13,254 nucleotides of DNA from a virus. Made by a program: the position numbers and the translations under genes. The notes beneath the pieces were generated by a model that was not told where the DNA came from, searched no databases, and saw nothing but the letters and a program-made list of their open reading frames with translations. Positions 1 through 8,007 of the stretch are shown here, piece by piece. Location: UHGV virus genome UHGV-0215671; one strand, given 5' to 3'. Every line of letters starts with the position of its first letter. Position 1 is the stretch's first letter.

Positions 1-1284
1 GGAAGCATTCTTAGCTGGTTCTTTTTCTTCTTCAACCAAATCAGCTTCGCCGTCATTACCCACTTCTTCCATAGCGTTGGAATGTTCAAGAACAGCACCA
101 GCAGTTTCTTTCAGCTTGGTAATTTCTGATTCTTTTTCTTCCATTGCAGAAGCATGGGACGCGATAGTTTCATTAAGTTTCTGGTTAGCACCTTCCATAG
201 CATTCATAAACAGAACGCTCAGAGGGTTATCAAGACCAGCACCTAAAATAGTCGTTGCAGCTTCTTTTGCATCAAATCCAAAAGCTTCAGCAGAAGCAGA
301 AATCTTATTAGTCAAATCTGACAAAGCAGCTTCCTGTTCTTTAGCTTTCATTTGAGCAACCTGAAGACGCAAAGCTTCTAGTTCTTGCTTTTCTTGTTCA
401 GTCATTTCTTCACCTGAATTGTTAACGTTTAAACTTACAGGAGCCTCTTCAGAACCTTGTAAGTAATTTAAGAAATCATCTTGAGACATGATTGAGTTAA
501 TTAAACCAAGTTCAAGAGCTTCCTGAGCAGAATAAACATTCGCCTCAGTATTCTTTACAGCTTCTTCAGAGAGATTACGAGATTCAGCTACAAAACCTGT
601 AAAAGTTGCGTAGGTATCATTAATTCTCTTTTGAAGTCTTTCTTTGCTTTCTTCTGAAAGTGCTTGGAATGGTGAACCCATACCTTTAAACTCACCAGCT
701 TTGATGACGTTAATTGTTACGCCATTCTTTTCAAATGCCTTAGTTAATTCCTGATGAACCATGATTACACCAATAGAACCAACATCTGCATCTGGTGATG
801 CAATAATTTCTTCAGCAGAAGATGCAAGAGCATATGCAGCGGAACAAGCGAACTCATCTACATAAGCAATAATTTTCTTTTGGCCTCTTGAAGCCATGAT
901 GTGACGTGCTAATTCAAAGCAACCTGAAGCTTCACCACCACCAGAATCAATGTGCAGAACAATAGTCTTGATTGACTCATCTGCTAAAGCTTCGTCAAAG
1001 CCTCTGCGTAAACCTTCATAAGAGCTTAAACCGCCTGTACACATTGCATCAATGAATGTCATACGATGAGTTAAACCACCCATAATAGGAATAATAGCAA
1101 TGTCATCTTTTACTTTTAAAAGACTTCTTGCTTCACCTTTGGGTTTATCAAAGTTTACTGCTGCTTGGACATCACCCAGCAATCTGTTATTCACATAAGT
1201 TGCTGCTGAGTGAGCTAATGATTCAGTGGCTAGTAAAGGTTGGTTGAATAATCTATCAGCAAGTCTGAAGATATTCGAACTCAT
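1..1284 (-). CDS. Prohead (head-maturation) serine protease, S49/ClpP-like, with scaffold-like C-terminal region; partial, 3' end beyond window start
   Basis: ATG at 1284-1282 preceded by AGGGTGAG; frame stays open for 428 codons to position 1 (absent from ORF track because no stop in window). N-terminus MSSNIFRLADRL...; IDSGGGEASG and FACSAAYALASSA resemble oxyanion and catalytic-Ser regions of SppA/lambda gpC-type peptidases; second half is E/K/A-rich and helical like a scaffold. Sits downstream of portal in a head module. Confidence 0.6.
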   Translation of the reverse strand, partial: MSSNIFRLADRLFNQPLLATESLAHSAATYVNNRLLGDVQAAVNFDKPKGEARSLLKVKDDIAIIPIMGGLTHRMTFIDAMCTGGLSSYEGLRRGFDEALADESIKTIVLHIDSGGGEASGCFELARHIMASRGQKKIIAYVDEFACSAAYALASSAEEIIASPDADVGSIGVIMVHQELTKAFEKNGVTINVIKAGEFKGMGSPFQALSEESKERLQKRINDTYATFTGFVAESRNLSEEAVKNTEANVYSAQEALELGLINSIMSQDDFLNYLQGSEEAPVSLNVNNSGEEMTEQEKQELEALRLQVAQMKAKEQEAALSDLTNKISASAEAFGFDAKEAATTILGAGLDNPLSVLFMNAMEGANQKLNETIASHASAMEEKESEITKLKETAGAVLEHSNAMEEVGNDGEADLVEEEKEPAKNAS

Positions 1285-1295
1285 TTTTACTCACC

Positions 1296-1628
1296 CTATT
1301 TGTTTAAATCTACAGAGACTGAAGAGATAACATAGATACCTTCTTCAGCAAAGAATTGAGGTTTGCTAAGAGCACCAGTTGCCACGCATTTATCGTTAGC
1401 ATCCCACAAGCTATAGTGTGAGACCGTTGCAGAAGCTGGGACAGTAATATTAACTGTGTCTTCTGAGGCAATTAAGCCATTATCCGGTTCAGAAAAATAA
1501 ATAGCCACTGGCTGAGTAACCTTATTTGCTGTAGGGTCTGCCGTTGGGTCTACATTGTGTAAAATAATAGTCGTTGGGGTTAGCGTGGCGAGGATTTTAT
1601 TCTTACCATCAATAGTTAATGTTCCCAT
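1296..1628 (-). CDS. Hypothetical protein, 110 aa, between portal and protease
   Basis: ORF track; start ATG 1628-1626 overlaps the stop of the upstream ORF by 1 nt (TAATG), suggesting translational coupling. No recognisable motif. Confidence 0.5.
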   Translation of the reverse strand: MGTLTIDGKNKILATLTPTTIILHNVDPTADPTANKVTQPVAIYFSEPDNGLIASEDTVNITVPASATVSHYSLWDANDKCVATGALSKPQFFAEEGIYVISSVSVDLNK

Positions 1629-2128
1629 TAATTAAACCTTACTTTTTGTTTAAGGACTGTTGAATGGTTACCAGATTCATCTACCACATTTACAATCATA
1701 TCATATACTTTACCTTTGACAAGTACTTTGTAATCATTTTGTGAAAAAATGTATTCAAGTCTGTTTCTTTCTTTATTAACTGTCATTGGAGATTGAAATG
1801 CAGTGTCGAGGGTAATGAAAGCGGCTTCAATGCTATTAACATTGATACGTTTATTCTCGCAGTTATATAACTTTACACCCAAAAGGCATGAACTGTCAAA
1901 TGGAATTTTAACAATTTCACTACAATTTCCTGAAATAAACGGTTTTCCACTCATTGGTGCATCAAGTAACCTACAAATAGTGAAAACGTCAGAGATTCCA
2001 CCATCACTAACATAACCTGAAAGGCTGACCCTTGAGCCAGCCTCTACAGATAGCTTATCAGTAATGATAAGGACACCTCTATACGAATGCACTCGTGTAG
2101 CATTTGAAATAGAGATAACTTCAGCCAT
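1628..2128 (-). CDS. Hypothetical protein, 166 aa, Cys-containing
   Basis: ORF track; start ATG 2128-2126 overlaps the portal stop by 1 nt (TAATG). Five Cys residues; no recognisable motif. Confidence 0.5.
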   Translation of the reverse strand: MAEVISISNATRVHSYRGVLIITDKLSVEAGSRVSLSGYVSDGGISDVFTICRLLDAPMSGKPFISGNCSEIVKIPFDSSCLLGVKLYNCENKRINVNSIEAAFITLDTAFQSPMTVNKERNRLEYIFSQNDYKVLVKGKVYDMIVNVVDESGNHSTVLKQKVRFN

Positions 2129-3594
2129 TATTTATTTGCCTTATTTGCTGTGCTTGGGTCTTTCGCTGAAGGTGTCTTTGCAGTACCTTCTCCAGCGGTC
2201 TTATAACCATCTCCTGAACGGCTTTGGCTATTCGGAGAAAGCTTTTCAGATACTGGCTGAGACTCATCAGCAGGAGGAAGACCAATATGCTCTCTAAGTT
2301 TGTTAGATAGCTCTTTGTCAACTTCCAAAGCACCTACTGCAACAGTCTTCTGAATATAAGAACCAATTGCTTCAAGGTCTGGAGTTTCGATATCATCATA
2401 TGTGATTTGCACATGTTCTTCATCATCCCACATATTAAGAGCATAAGTCTGTGCAACTAAGTCACGGTTAATTACGTTCTTAATTTGCTTCAGCAGAATA
2501 TCTACTGACATTGCTAATAAACTTGTCTTAGAATCTGCAAGAGAGAATGAACCGTATTTTGACTGACCCATAGCAAGAACATCTGACATAAATGCCATCA
2601 TAATTTGCTTGGAATATCTGTCAATAATAGAGCCTGTGTCATATGCTTTAGCACCCTGTCTAGAAACTAATGAGAACTCAAAAATATCCTCTTTAGTATC
2701 TGGGTCGATATATCTAGGCCAGATTAAACCTGCTCTGTCATTAGCAATCATATCATTAACAACAGTTTTGCAGTATTGTACGAAAGCTTTCTTTTCAGGT
2801 TCTGCATTTTCATCCAGATAATCTGGTGGTAAACCAATCTTTGGCATACCTACTAAGTCTCTTGAAACACCAACAGCTTCATACTCTTCAATCTGTACTT
2901 TATACTTCCACGGTACATAAGCGTTAAGCAATGGTGAACGACCTTCTGGGTTACCATACTCATCGTCATACTTAAACAGCATGAATTTAGCTCGTGGAAG
3001 TTTTCTTGTTAGTGGTCTTTCTCCAAGATTAATTGCTCCAGCAATATGTGAAACATTTCTTAGATTTTGTCTGACACCAGTAACTTTTCTAAAGTCTTCG
3101 TCAAAATACCACTTATCAAGCGTTGACTGGTTTCTGATTGGTAATTTAGCCCACCCAATTAGACCATCGTCAAATTTCGATTGGTACTTTCCTTTTTTAC
3201 CCTGACGTTTCTTATAAACCTTTTCGTTAACACAGAACCCATAAGTGCAGAATGACATTACAGAGTTAATAAAATCTGCCCAATCATGCTCCATGTCATC
3301 CATTAAAGAATTAAAGAAGTCTGCTCTTTCAAGCATTTTAGGGTCTTGCTCTTTTCCCTTTGGAGGTACGAATCTCCAGTTGACTTTTCTGACAAACATC
3401 TTAATAATATTTACAGATGCTGCTACAGCAGGGTCACGCATCATTAATTGGAAAGTTTTAATACTTTCAGGGAACCTTAGTGCCTGACGAGGTTCTTCAT
3501 AGATTCTACCATTCTTAACCTTCAGACCCAAAGAACCTACTTCACCCATTCTAAATGGTGGTAAGCTTTCTTGTGTTTCTGTAATTTCTGCCAT
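2128..3594 (-). CDS. Portal protein (putative)
   Basis: Track ORF 2128-3603 begins at a GTG; the first ATG is 3594-3592, preceded by AGGTGA with a 5-nt spacer, so start set to 3594 (488 aa). Size and position immediately downstream of the large terminase fit a portal; basic/Ser-rich C-terminal tail. No specific motif recalled. Confidence 0.6.
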   Translation of the reverse strand: MAEITETQESLPPFRMGEVGSLGLKVKNGRIYEEPRQALRFPESIKTFQLMMRDPAVAASVNIIKMFVRKVNWRFVPPKGKEQDPKMLERADFFNSLMDDMEHDWADFINSVMSFCTYGFCVNEKVYKKRQGKKGKYQSKFDDGLIGWAKLPIRNQSTLDKWYFDEDFRKVTGVRQNLRNVSHIAGAINLGERPLTRKLPRAKFMLFKYDDEYGNPEGRSPLLNAYVPWKYKVQIEEYEAVGVSRDLVGMPKIGLPPDYLDENAEPEKKAFVQYCKTVVNDMIANDRAGLIWPRYIDPDTKEDIFEFSLVSRQGAKAYDTGSIIDRYSKQIMMAFMSDVLAMGQSKYGSFSLADSKTSLLAMSVDILLKQIKNVINRDLVAQTYALNMWDDEEHVQITYDDIETPDLEAIGSYIQKTVAVGALEVDKELSNKLREHIGLPPADESQPVSEKLSPNSQSRSGDGYKTAGEGTAKTPSAKDPSTANKANK

Positions 3595-3610
3595 TCTTCT
3601 CACCTAGCTA

Positions 3611-5212
3611 TCAACGTCTAAGCCCCTCATATGGGTTTCCTCTCACTAAGTCTGTGTGAGCACCCATTGATGGTGGCTTGAATAATTTAACTTCGTTAAG
3701 ACTGTTGAAAGCATCACTGGTAGCATCCACTTGGTCATCTTTAGTTTTACCATCACCACAAAAACCTTCAAGTTCTTGAAAGTAAGCTTCGTTCCAACTA
3801 CCTCTCAAGACTTTTACAAGTCCAGCTTCAGAAGCAGCAGAAAATCCCGCAAAGCGGGTAACTTTATCTTTATTTGTTGGTTTAGCTCTTGCGCGATAAC
3901 CTTTCTCGGCAAGTTTCCTGATGAGGGATGTTGCATAGGATTTACCAGCAGCGCCTGGGTCTTGAGGGATAAAAATACCAGTTCGCTTACCGTCACTTTC
4001 AGCAGTCAAATTAATTTGTGTTTCGACTCCAGAGGGTCTATCTCTAAATCTTACTACATCAATGATATAATAGCAACCGTCTTTTTTAGATTTACCCATC
4101 TTAACACCCGCTGTCCAGTCTGGATTAGGGTTAATCTCAGATGGTAAAGTTGCTGCTAAGTCCCATGCTCTGACATCAAACACATCTTCTGGGAGTGAAT
4201 CAACAATCTCACACCATTGTCTTTGCCAATAGTTTGAACCTTCTGCACGAGCCTTCCAGTTACCGAAACGAAGTCTTGCAACGTTTACAGGTGTGTTGTT
4301 TTCCAACTTACCACGGTATTTAGGTTCTAAGAAGTCAAGAATTGGGTTATCATCAATCGTACCAGAGATGAAGGTGTATGTCTGAGGAATCTCAAGAGGG
4401 AACATTTCAAGAATCTTGTCTCTTTCCCAATCAGAAACCATCACACCATCATTCATAACATACCAACGAATACGACCGCACTTCTCAGGGTCTGGGTAAC
4501 CTTCTTCATCTAAGAAGGGTTCTACCCAATCATAAATGAAGTGGTCTCTATCTGGGTTCATAGAAATCTTCATGTATGAGTCACCTTCAGCACCAGAACG
4601 TAGACGGGTCTGTAGGTATGAAATCTGTGAAGCAGAGAAGTGTGTACCTTCGTCAAAGTAGATAGCTGAGTATTCAATACCCTGATGACCTTCAGCGTGC
4701 TTTTCAAGTTCTAGGTAGGTGAACTTGATAGTTGCCCCAGAAGGGAATGTGATAGTCATCTTCTGCTCGTGAGGAACCCCACCAAACTTACCAAATAGTT
4801 TCTTTGCAGCAGGCCATAAACCACCTTGTAACTGTGTTGTATTTCGACGGAAATATACAGCATTATAGTTAGGGTCTTCAATAAACCTTAAAGAGTCCAT
4901 TAACAATGCAGCAGTTTTACCAGCACCAGCAGCACCACCATATAAAACCAAGTCAGCATTAGTATTTAAAAACACCTCTTGAGAACCCGGCTGAGGGGCT
5001 ACATAGTTCTTATCAGTCATCAATTTGAAGATAAGTCTAACTTGGTCTGGTGTGTATCTTAATAAAGTCAGAATTTGAGTTGGAAGGAATTTAGAGGGGT
5101 CTTTACCGAATGATTTGATAATTTCTTTTACTTCATCAGAAAGCCCCAACTCTCCAGCTAGGACTTTCCTAACATCTTCCACTCGCTTCTGCTTAACAGC
5201 ATTTAAGTCCAT
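3611..5212 (-). CDS. Terminase large subunit
   Basis: Track ORF 3611-5227 begins at a TTG; the first ATG is 5212-5210, preceded by GGAGGTG, so start set to 5212 (533 aa). Walker A-like LYGGAAGAGKT and Walker B-like IYFDEGTHF in the N-terminal ATPase half; acidic C-terminal half consistent with the nuclease domain. Confidence 0.85.
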   Translation of the reverse strand: MDLNAVKQKRVEDVRKVLAGELGLSDEVKEIIKSFGKDPSKFLPTQILTLLRYTPDQVRLIFKLMTDKNYVAPQPGSQEVFLNTNADLVLYGGAAGAGKTAALLMDSLRFIEDPNYNAVYFRRNTTQLQGGLWPAAKKLFGKFGGVPHEQKMTITFPSGATIKFTYLELEKHAEGHQGIEYSAIYFDEGTHFSASQISYLQTRLRSGAEGDSYMKISMNPDRDHFIYDWVEPFLDEEGYPDPEKCGRIRWYVMNDGVMVSDWERDKILEMFPLEIPQTYTFISGTIDDNPILDFLEPKYRGKLENNTPVNVARLRFGNWKARAEGSNYWQRQWCEIVDSLPEDVFDVRAWDLAATLPSEINPNPDWTAGVKMGKSKKDGCYYIIDVVRFRDRPSGVETQINLTAESDGKRTGIFIPQDPGAAGKSYATSLIRKLAEKGYRARAKPTNKDKVTRFAGFSAASEAGLVKVLRGSWNEAYFQELEGFCGDGKTKDDQVDATSDAFNSLNEVKLFKPPSMGAHTDLVRGNPYEGLRR

Positions 5213-5233
5213 TAAGCACCTCCGCAAATAGAA

Positions 5234-5434
5234 TTATTCAGAGTCTGTAGCAGTCTCTTCTTTCTTAACTTCGAACTTTGCATCAACAGCATCAAGAAGT
5301 GCATCCATAGATGCTTCTTTGATATCAATACCTGTTGCTACAGACAATCTGTCTGCAATTGCCATGATAGTGTTCTGCATAAATTCTAGCTTTTTGTTAG
5401 CTTCATAAAGTTCTTTATAAACGGTCTCGCTCAT
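5234..5434 (-). CDS. Small acidic helical protein, 66 aa, upstream of the large terminase
   Basis: ORF track; ATG 5434-5432 preceded by GGAG with an 8-nt spacer; stop 21 nt before the large-terminase ATG. Position would suit a small terminase subunit but it is short for one. Confidence 0.45.
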   Translation of the reverse strand: MSETVYKELYEANKKLEFMQNTIMAIADRLSVATGIDIKEASMDALLDAVDAKFEVKKEETATDSE

Positions 5435-5470
5435 TATGTTTTCTCCAAATAGTTAACCATGTTTCCCCTT

Positions 5471-5494
5471 AAAAAAGACGGTACAGAGACCGTC
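5471..5494 (-). terminator. Intrinsic terminator between the tRNA array and the packaging genes
   Basis: Minus-strand hairpin GACGGT-CTCTGT-ACCGTC (plus 5477-5494) followed by six U (plus A-run 5471-5476). Confidence 0.55.
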
Positions 5495-5656
5495 AAGGAG
5501 AAACCACAATGTACGTCAGAGACATACTGTATAAGGCTTCTTATAAAGTATAACTCTGTAAAAAAGCCCTGTCTAAAAATACTCTTCGGTAGCGAAAGGA
5601 AGAATACTTATAGCAGGGCATTATTATTATTTTAATTGAGAGAGAGTAAAATAACT

Positions 5657-5732
5657 TGGAGAATCCGAAGGGACTCGAACCCTTATAAACCTGTTTTGCA
5701 GACAGGCACATAGCCATTTCTGTCACGGATTC
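5657..5732 (-). tRNA. tRNA-Cys (GCA), 76 nt, CCA encoded
   Basis: Hand fold: acceptor GAATCCG/CGGATTC, anticodon stem CCTGT/ACAGG with loop CTGCAAA, T-arm AAGGG-TTCGAGT-CCCTT. Confidence 0.8.
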
Positions 5733-5736
5733 AAAT

Positions 5737-5829
5737 TGGAGGAAGATACCAGACTTGAACTGGTACACCGATTTCTCAGCTACTGGCAGTTTAGCAAACT
5801 GCTCCCTTACCTTTTAGGGTTAATCTTCC
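5737..5829 (-). tRNA. tRNA-Ser (GCU), class II, 93 nt
   Basis: Acceptor GGAAGAT/ATCTTCC, anticodon stem GCAGT/ACTGC with loop TTGCTAA, long variable arm, T-loop TTCAAGT. Confidence 0.75.
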
Positions 5830-5830
5830 A

Positions 5831-6565
5831 TTATTTCTGTAATGCGTTCTTCATTTCTGGTGTTGCAATAGTATCAATTACACCAGTTTTACAAGCATCA
5901 TCAAACCAGTCTGGTAAGATACCTGCTAAGAACCCATTGATATTCGTTTTAAGATACTCTGCAATAAGGGCAGCTTCTTCTTCAATCATCTGCACAACTT
6001 CATCTGCATAAGCTGTAATCTTTGAGATACCTTCATTAATCTTGCTAACAGCTTGGTTAGCTAAATCAGAAATAGTATCAAGACCTTTATCAATAGCATC
6101 TTGTAAGTCGCTTAATACATCATTAACACTATCTAGCGTGTTGTTAATCGTGTCAATAGCCTTTTGACCATATTCTGTAGCAACACCCATAATACCACTA
6201 AATGGTGTACAACCGACTTGCTCTCCTGCTGCACCCATAACATTGGAATATCCTTTTGCTACCTGCATACGTGAGGAAAACTCATCAATAGACTTTTGAC
6301 CATAATCTGTCAGCGTTTTAGTAGTCGATGTAGTGCTTGTCAGACTCGTTGTAAAGCTGTTAAGCAGAACTGTTGTAAGTCCAGCAGCAACAAGTTTATC
6401 CTTTATTGTAGGGTCTGTTACAGAGCTAATAGAGCTTACAAGTGATGTAGAGGCAGCTACGGTTCCACCGAGAACTGCTGCACCAGTAATAAGGGGATTA
6501 GAAAATCCTCTACCGGTTTTTAAGAGACTAAAAATCTCCTTACCTTGTTCTGTCATCTCTTTCAT
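5831..6565 (-). CDS. Hypothetical Ser/Thr/Ala-rich protein, 244 aa, embedded in the tRNA array
   Basis: Track ORF 5831-6628 begins inside tRNA-Phe; the internal ATG 6565-6563 is preceded by AAAGGTG with a 4-nt spacer, so start set to 6565. Stop lies 2 nt from the tRNA-Ser 5' end. Hydrophobic segment PLITGAAVLGGTVAASTSLV, then low-complexity S/T tract and a D/E-rich helical C-terminus. Confidence 0.5.
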   Translation of the reverse strand: MKEMTEQGKEIFSLLKTGRGFSNPLITGAAVLGGTVAASTSLVSSISSVTDPTIKDKLVAAGLTTVLLNSFTTSLTSTTSTTKTLTDYGQKSIDEFSSRMQVAKGYSNVMGAAGEQVGCTPFSGIMGVATEYGQKAIDTINNTLDSVNDVLSDLQDAIDKGLDTISDLANQAVSKINEGISKITAYADEVVQMIEEEAALIAEYLKTNINGFLAGILPDWFDDACKTGVIDTIATPEMKNALQK

Positions 6566-6581
6566 TAAGCACCTTTGGAAT

Positions 6582-6658
6582 TGGTAGTCCAGTGGGATTT
6601 GAACCCTCTTCTCATGTTTTTCAGACACGCGCTTTAACCATATAAGCTACTTGGACTA
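6582..6658 (-). tRNA. tRNA-Phe (GAA)
   Basis: Acceptor TAGTCCA/TGGACTA (U1-A72), anticodon stem CGTGT/ACATG with loop CTGAAAA, T-loop TTCAAAT; 3' boundary uncertain by about 2 nt. Confidence 0.65.
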
Positions 6659-6663
6659 TAAAT

Positions 6664-6739
6664 TGGGGTGACCTACGGGATTTGAACCCGTATAGACCAT
6701 GTTCACAGCATGGGTCATTACCATTTATGATAAGGCCAC
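6664..6739 (-). tRNA. tRNA-His (GUG)
   Basis: Acceptor GTGGCCT/AGGTCAC, D-stem TCAT/ATGA, anticodon stem CCATG/CATGG with loop CTGTGAA, discriminator C73, CCA encoded. Confidence 0.75.
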
Positions 6740-6740
6740 A

Positions 6741-6769
6741 TTTAAGGACTCTCGTAAGAATCCTTAAAT
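6741..6769. other. Inter-tRNA hairpin, 9-bp stem and 12-nt loop
   Basis: TTTAAGGA (6741-6748) pairs with TCCTTAAA (6761-6768), plus A6740-T6769; sits between tRNA-His and tRNA-Gln. Confidence 0.5.
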
Positions 6770-6770
6770 G

Positions 6771-6846
6771 TGGCAGCGGCATAAGGATTTGAACCTTAAT
6801 AAGACAGCTTCAGAGACTGCTGCATTGCCAGTTATGCTATACCGCT
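6771..6846 (-). tRNA. tRNA-Gln (CUG)
   Basis: Acceptor AGCGGTA/TGCCGCT, D-stem GCAT/ATGC, anticodon loop CTCTGAA on a stem with two G-U pairs, T-arm TAAGG-TTCAAAT-CCTTA. Confidence 0.6.
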
Positions 6847-6851
6847 AAATT

Positions 6852-6930
6852 TGGTACTCCATATCGGATTCGAACCGATACATAACACAGATTTTAAGTC
6901 TGGCCTCTCTGCCAATTGGAGTAATGGAGC
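6852..6930 (-). tRNA. tRNA with anticodon UAA (Leu by anticodon), 79 nt, short variable region
   Basis: Acceptor GCTCCAT/ATGGAGT, D-loop AATTGGCAG, anticodon stem CCAGA/TCTGT (one mismatch) with loop CTTAAAA, 7-nt variable region, T-arm ATCGG-TTCGAAT-CCGAT. Confidence 0.55.
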
Positions 6931-6932
6931 AT

Positions 6933-7008
6933 TGGCGGGGGATGTTGGAATTGAACCAACTTCTTCGATTTCAAAGACCGAGGTTTTAACCTTGTAAACT
7001 AATCCCCT
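6933..7008 (-). tRNA. tRNA-Gln (UUG)
   Basis: Acceptor AGGGGAT/ATCCCCC (A1/C72 unpaired), D-stem GTTT/AAAC, anticodon stem TCGGT/ATCGA with loop CTTTGAA, T-arm GTTGG-TTCAATT-CCAAC. Confidence 0.65.
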
Positions 7009-7016
7009 TTAAATCT

Positions 7017-7574
7017 TTATTTTCTTAGTGGATGAATAAAGAATGCCAACATAACTCTTTCCCTTGAGAATGCTCTTTCTTCTGGGACAACACTTTTAAG
7101 TTTCCATCCAACATAAATTCTCCAGTAGAATTGTTTACCAAAGATTTTAATTGATGGTACAAAAGCGAATAATCCCCAAGCATTACTGTTCCACATTAGT
7201 AGATAACCTGTCTGATTATCTTCAGGGTTAGAACTTACATTGATATTACCTTTCCACTTAGTAACATCTTTTACATCTCTTCCTAACACATGGTAAGAGA
7301 AGTTATAAGCTTTGTTTCTCCAGAGCCAACCAACTCTCTGCATATAGATACCAAGCTTACCAATCTTTCTAATCTTAGCCCATCGTTTGACATGGCCTTC
7401 ATCACCATCAATCGGGTTGTCGTAAGTTTCCATCCATCTAAATCCGAAAGGTAAGTGTCCTTTCTTCTCACTGTAAAATGGAACTACGAAAGGTGCTAAG
7501 ATAACTGCTAAGATTGCTGCAAATGGCTCTAACAAAGCTAAGAAAATCCATGAAGCATACTTCAAATATCTCAT
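7017..7574 (-). CDS. Hypothetical membrane-anchored protein, 185 aa, embedded in the tRNA array
   Basis: ORF track; ATG 7574-7572 preceded by AAAGAGG with an 8-nt spacer, 20 nt downstream of tRNA-Arg; hydrophobic N-terminus (WIFLALLEPFAAILAVILAPFVVPF) predicted transmembrane; Trp-rich. Confidence 0.55.
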   Translation of the reverse strand: MRYLKYASWIFLALLEPFAAILAVILAPFVVPFYSEKKGHLPFGFRWMETYDNPIDGDEGHVKRWAKIRKIGKLGIYMQRVGWLWRNKAYNFSYHVLGRDVKDVTKWKGNINVSSNPEDNQTGYLLMWNSNAWGLFAFVPSIKIFGKQFYWRIYVGWKLKSVVPEERAFSRERVMLAFFIHPLRK

Positions 7575-7593
7575 CTAAATAGCCTCTTTAAAT

Positions 7594-7669
7594 TGGCGCA
7601 GGATAAGGGATTCGAACCCCTATTAACAGCTTCGTAGACTGTTGCTCTATCCATTTGAACTAATCCTGC
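7594..7669 (-). tRNA. tRNA-Arg (ACG)
   Basis: Acceptor GCAGGAT/ATCCTGC, anticodon stem ACAGT/GCTGT with loop CTACGAA, T-arm AGGGG-TTCGAAT-CCCTT. Confidence 0.75.
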
Positions 7670-7674
7670 AAAAT

Positions 7675-7752
7675 TGGTGTTCCAAGACGGATTCGAACCG
7701 TCACTAATACAAGGTTTGAGCTTGCATCCTCTGCCAATTGGGATACTGGAAC
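7675..7752 (-). tRNA. tRNA with anticodon CAA (Leu by anticodon), 78 nt, short variable region
   Basis: Acceptor GTTCCAG/TTGGAAC, D-loop AATTGGCAG, anticodon stem GCAAG/CTTGT with loop CTCAAAC, T-arm GACGG-TTCGAAT-CCGTC. Confidence 0.6.
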
Positions 7753-7753
7753 A

Positions 7754-7828
7754 TGGTACTCACTAAAGGACTTGAACCTTTTTCTTCATCTTGTAAGGGT
7801 GGTGTTTTACCATATAAACTAAGCGAGT
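7754..7828 (-). tRNA. tRNA with anticodon UAC (Val by anticodon); weak anticodon stem
   Basis: Acceptor ACTCGCT/AGTGAGT, D-stem GTTT/AAAC, canonical loop CTTACAA but only 3 of 5 stem pairs, T-arm AAAGG-TTCAAGT-CCTTT. Confidence 0.5.
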
Positions 7829-7833
7829 ATGAA

Positions 7834-7920
7834 AGAGGTCTGAAGTTGTGCCGCTAACTCAACTCCGTGGAATTTGTTACGGTCTTCAGTTGACTCAAAG
7901 CGGTCTTTCACTTGACCTCT
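7834..7920 (-). ncRNA. 87-nt structured element of unknown function occupying a tRNA-sized slot (not a canonical tRNA)
   Basis: Terminal 7-bp complementarity AGAGGTC/GACCTCT, nested internal stems, no TTC-type T-loop, three GGTCT motifs; flanked 5-6 nt from tRNAs on both sides. Strand inferred from context only. Confidence 0.3.
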
Positions 7921-7924
7921 GAAT

Positions 7925-8000
7925 TGGTGCTCCCACAAGGATTCGAACCCTGATAAGTTGCTTACAAGGCAACCGTAATAGCCAATTATACGATAGGAGC
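7925..8000 (-). tRNA. tRNA-Thr (UGU)
   Basis: Acceptor GCTCCTA/TGGGAGC, anticodon stem GTTGC/GCAAC with loop CTTGTAA, T-loop TTCGAAT. Confidence 0.75.
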
Positions 8001-8007
8001 ATTAATT

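Noticed and set aside
77-355. Plus-strand ORF of 92 aa
   Set aside because: Lies antisense inside the long minus-strand protease/scaffold frame; no RBS, low-complexity product.
1803-3487. Plus-strand ORFs of 70-80 aa (1803-2015, 2064-2297, 2609-2821, 2981-3205, 3245-3487) and minus 2121-2333
   Set aside because: All overlap the portal or small-protein genes on the opposite strand or in another frame; typical shadow ORFs.
3595-3603. GTG start of portal at 3603 and TTG start of large terminase at 5227, as implied by the ORF track
   Set aside because: Downstream ATGs at 3594 and 5212 each have a strong SD at correct spacing; the alternative starts have none.
3731-4147. Plus-strand ORF of 138 aa and minus ORF 3814-3996
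   Set aside because: Embedded in the large terminase gene, whose Walker motifs define the real frame.
5561-5619. Second terminator candidate (GCCCTG ... CAGGGC followed by a T-run on the minus strand)
   Set aside because: The loop between the arms is 41 nt, too long for a convincing intrinsic terminator.
5541-6011. ORFs 5541-5768 (minus) and 5736-6011 (plus)
   Set aside because: They run through tRNA-Cys and tRNA-Ser; the sequence is better explained as tRNA genes.
6566-6628. Upstream extension of the 244-aa ORF to the ATG at 6628
   Set aside because: It would overlap tRNA-Phe; the internal ATG at 6565 has a proper Shine-Dalgarno.
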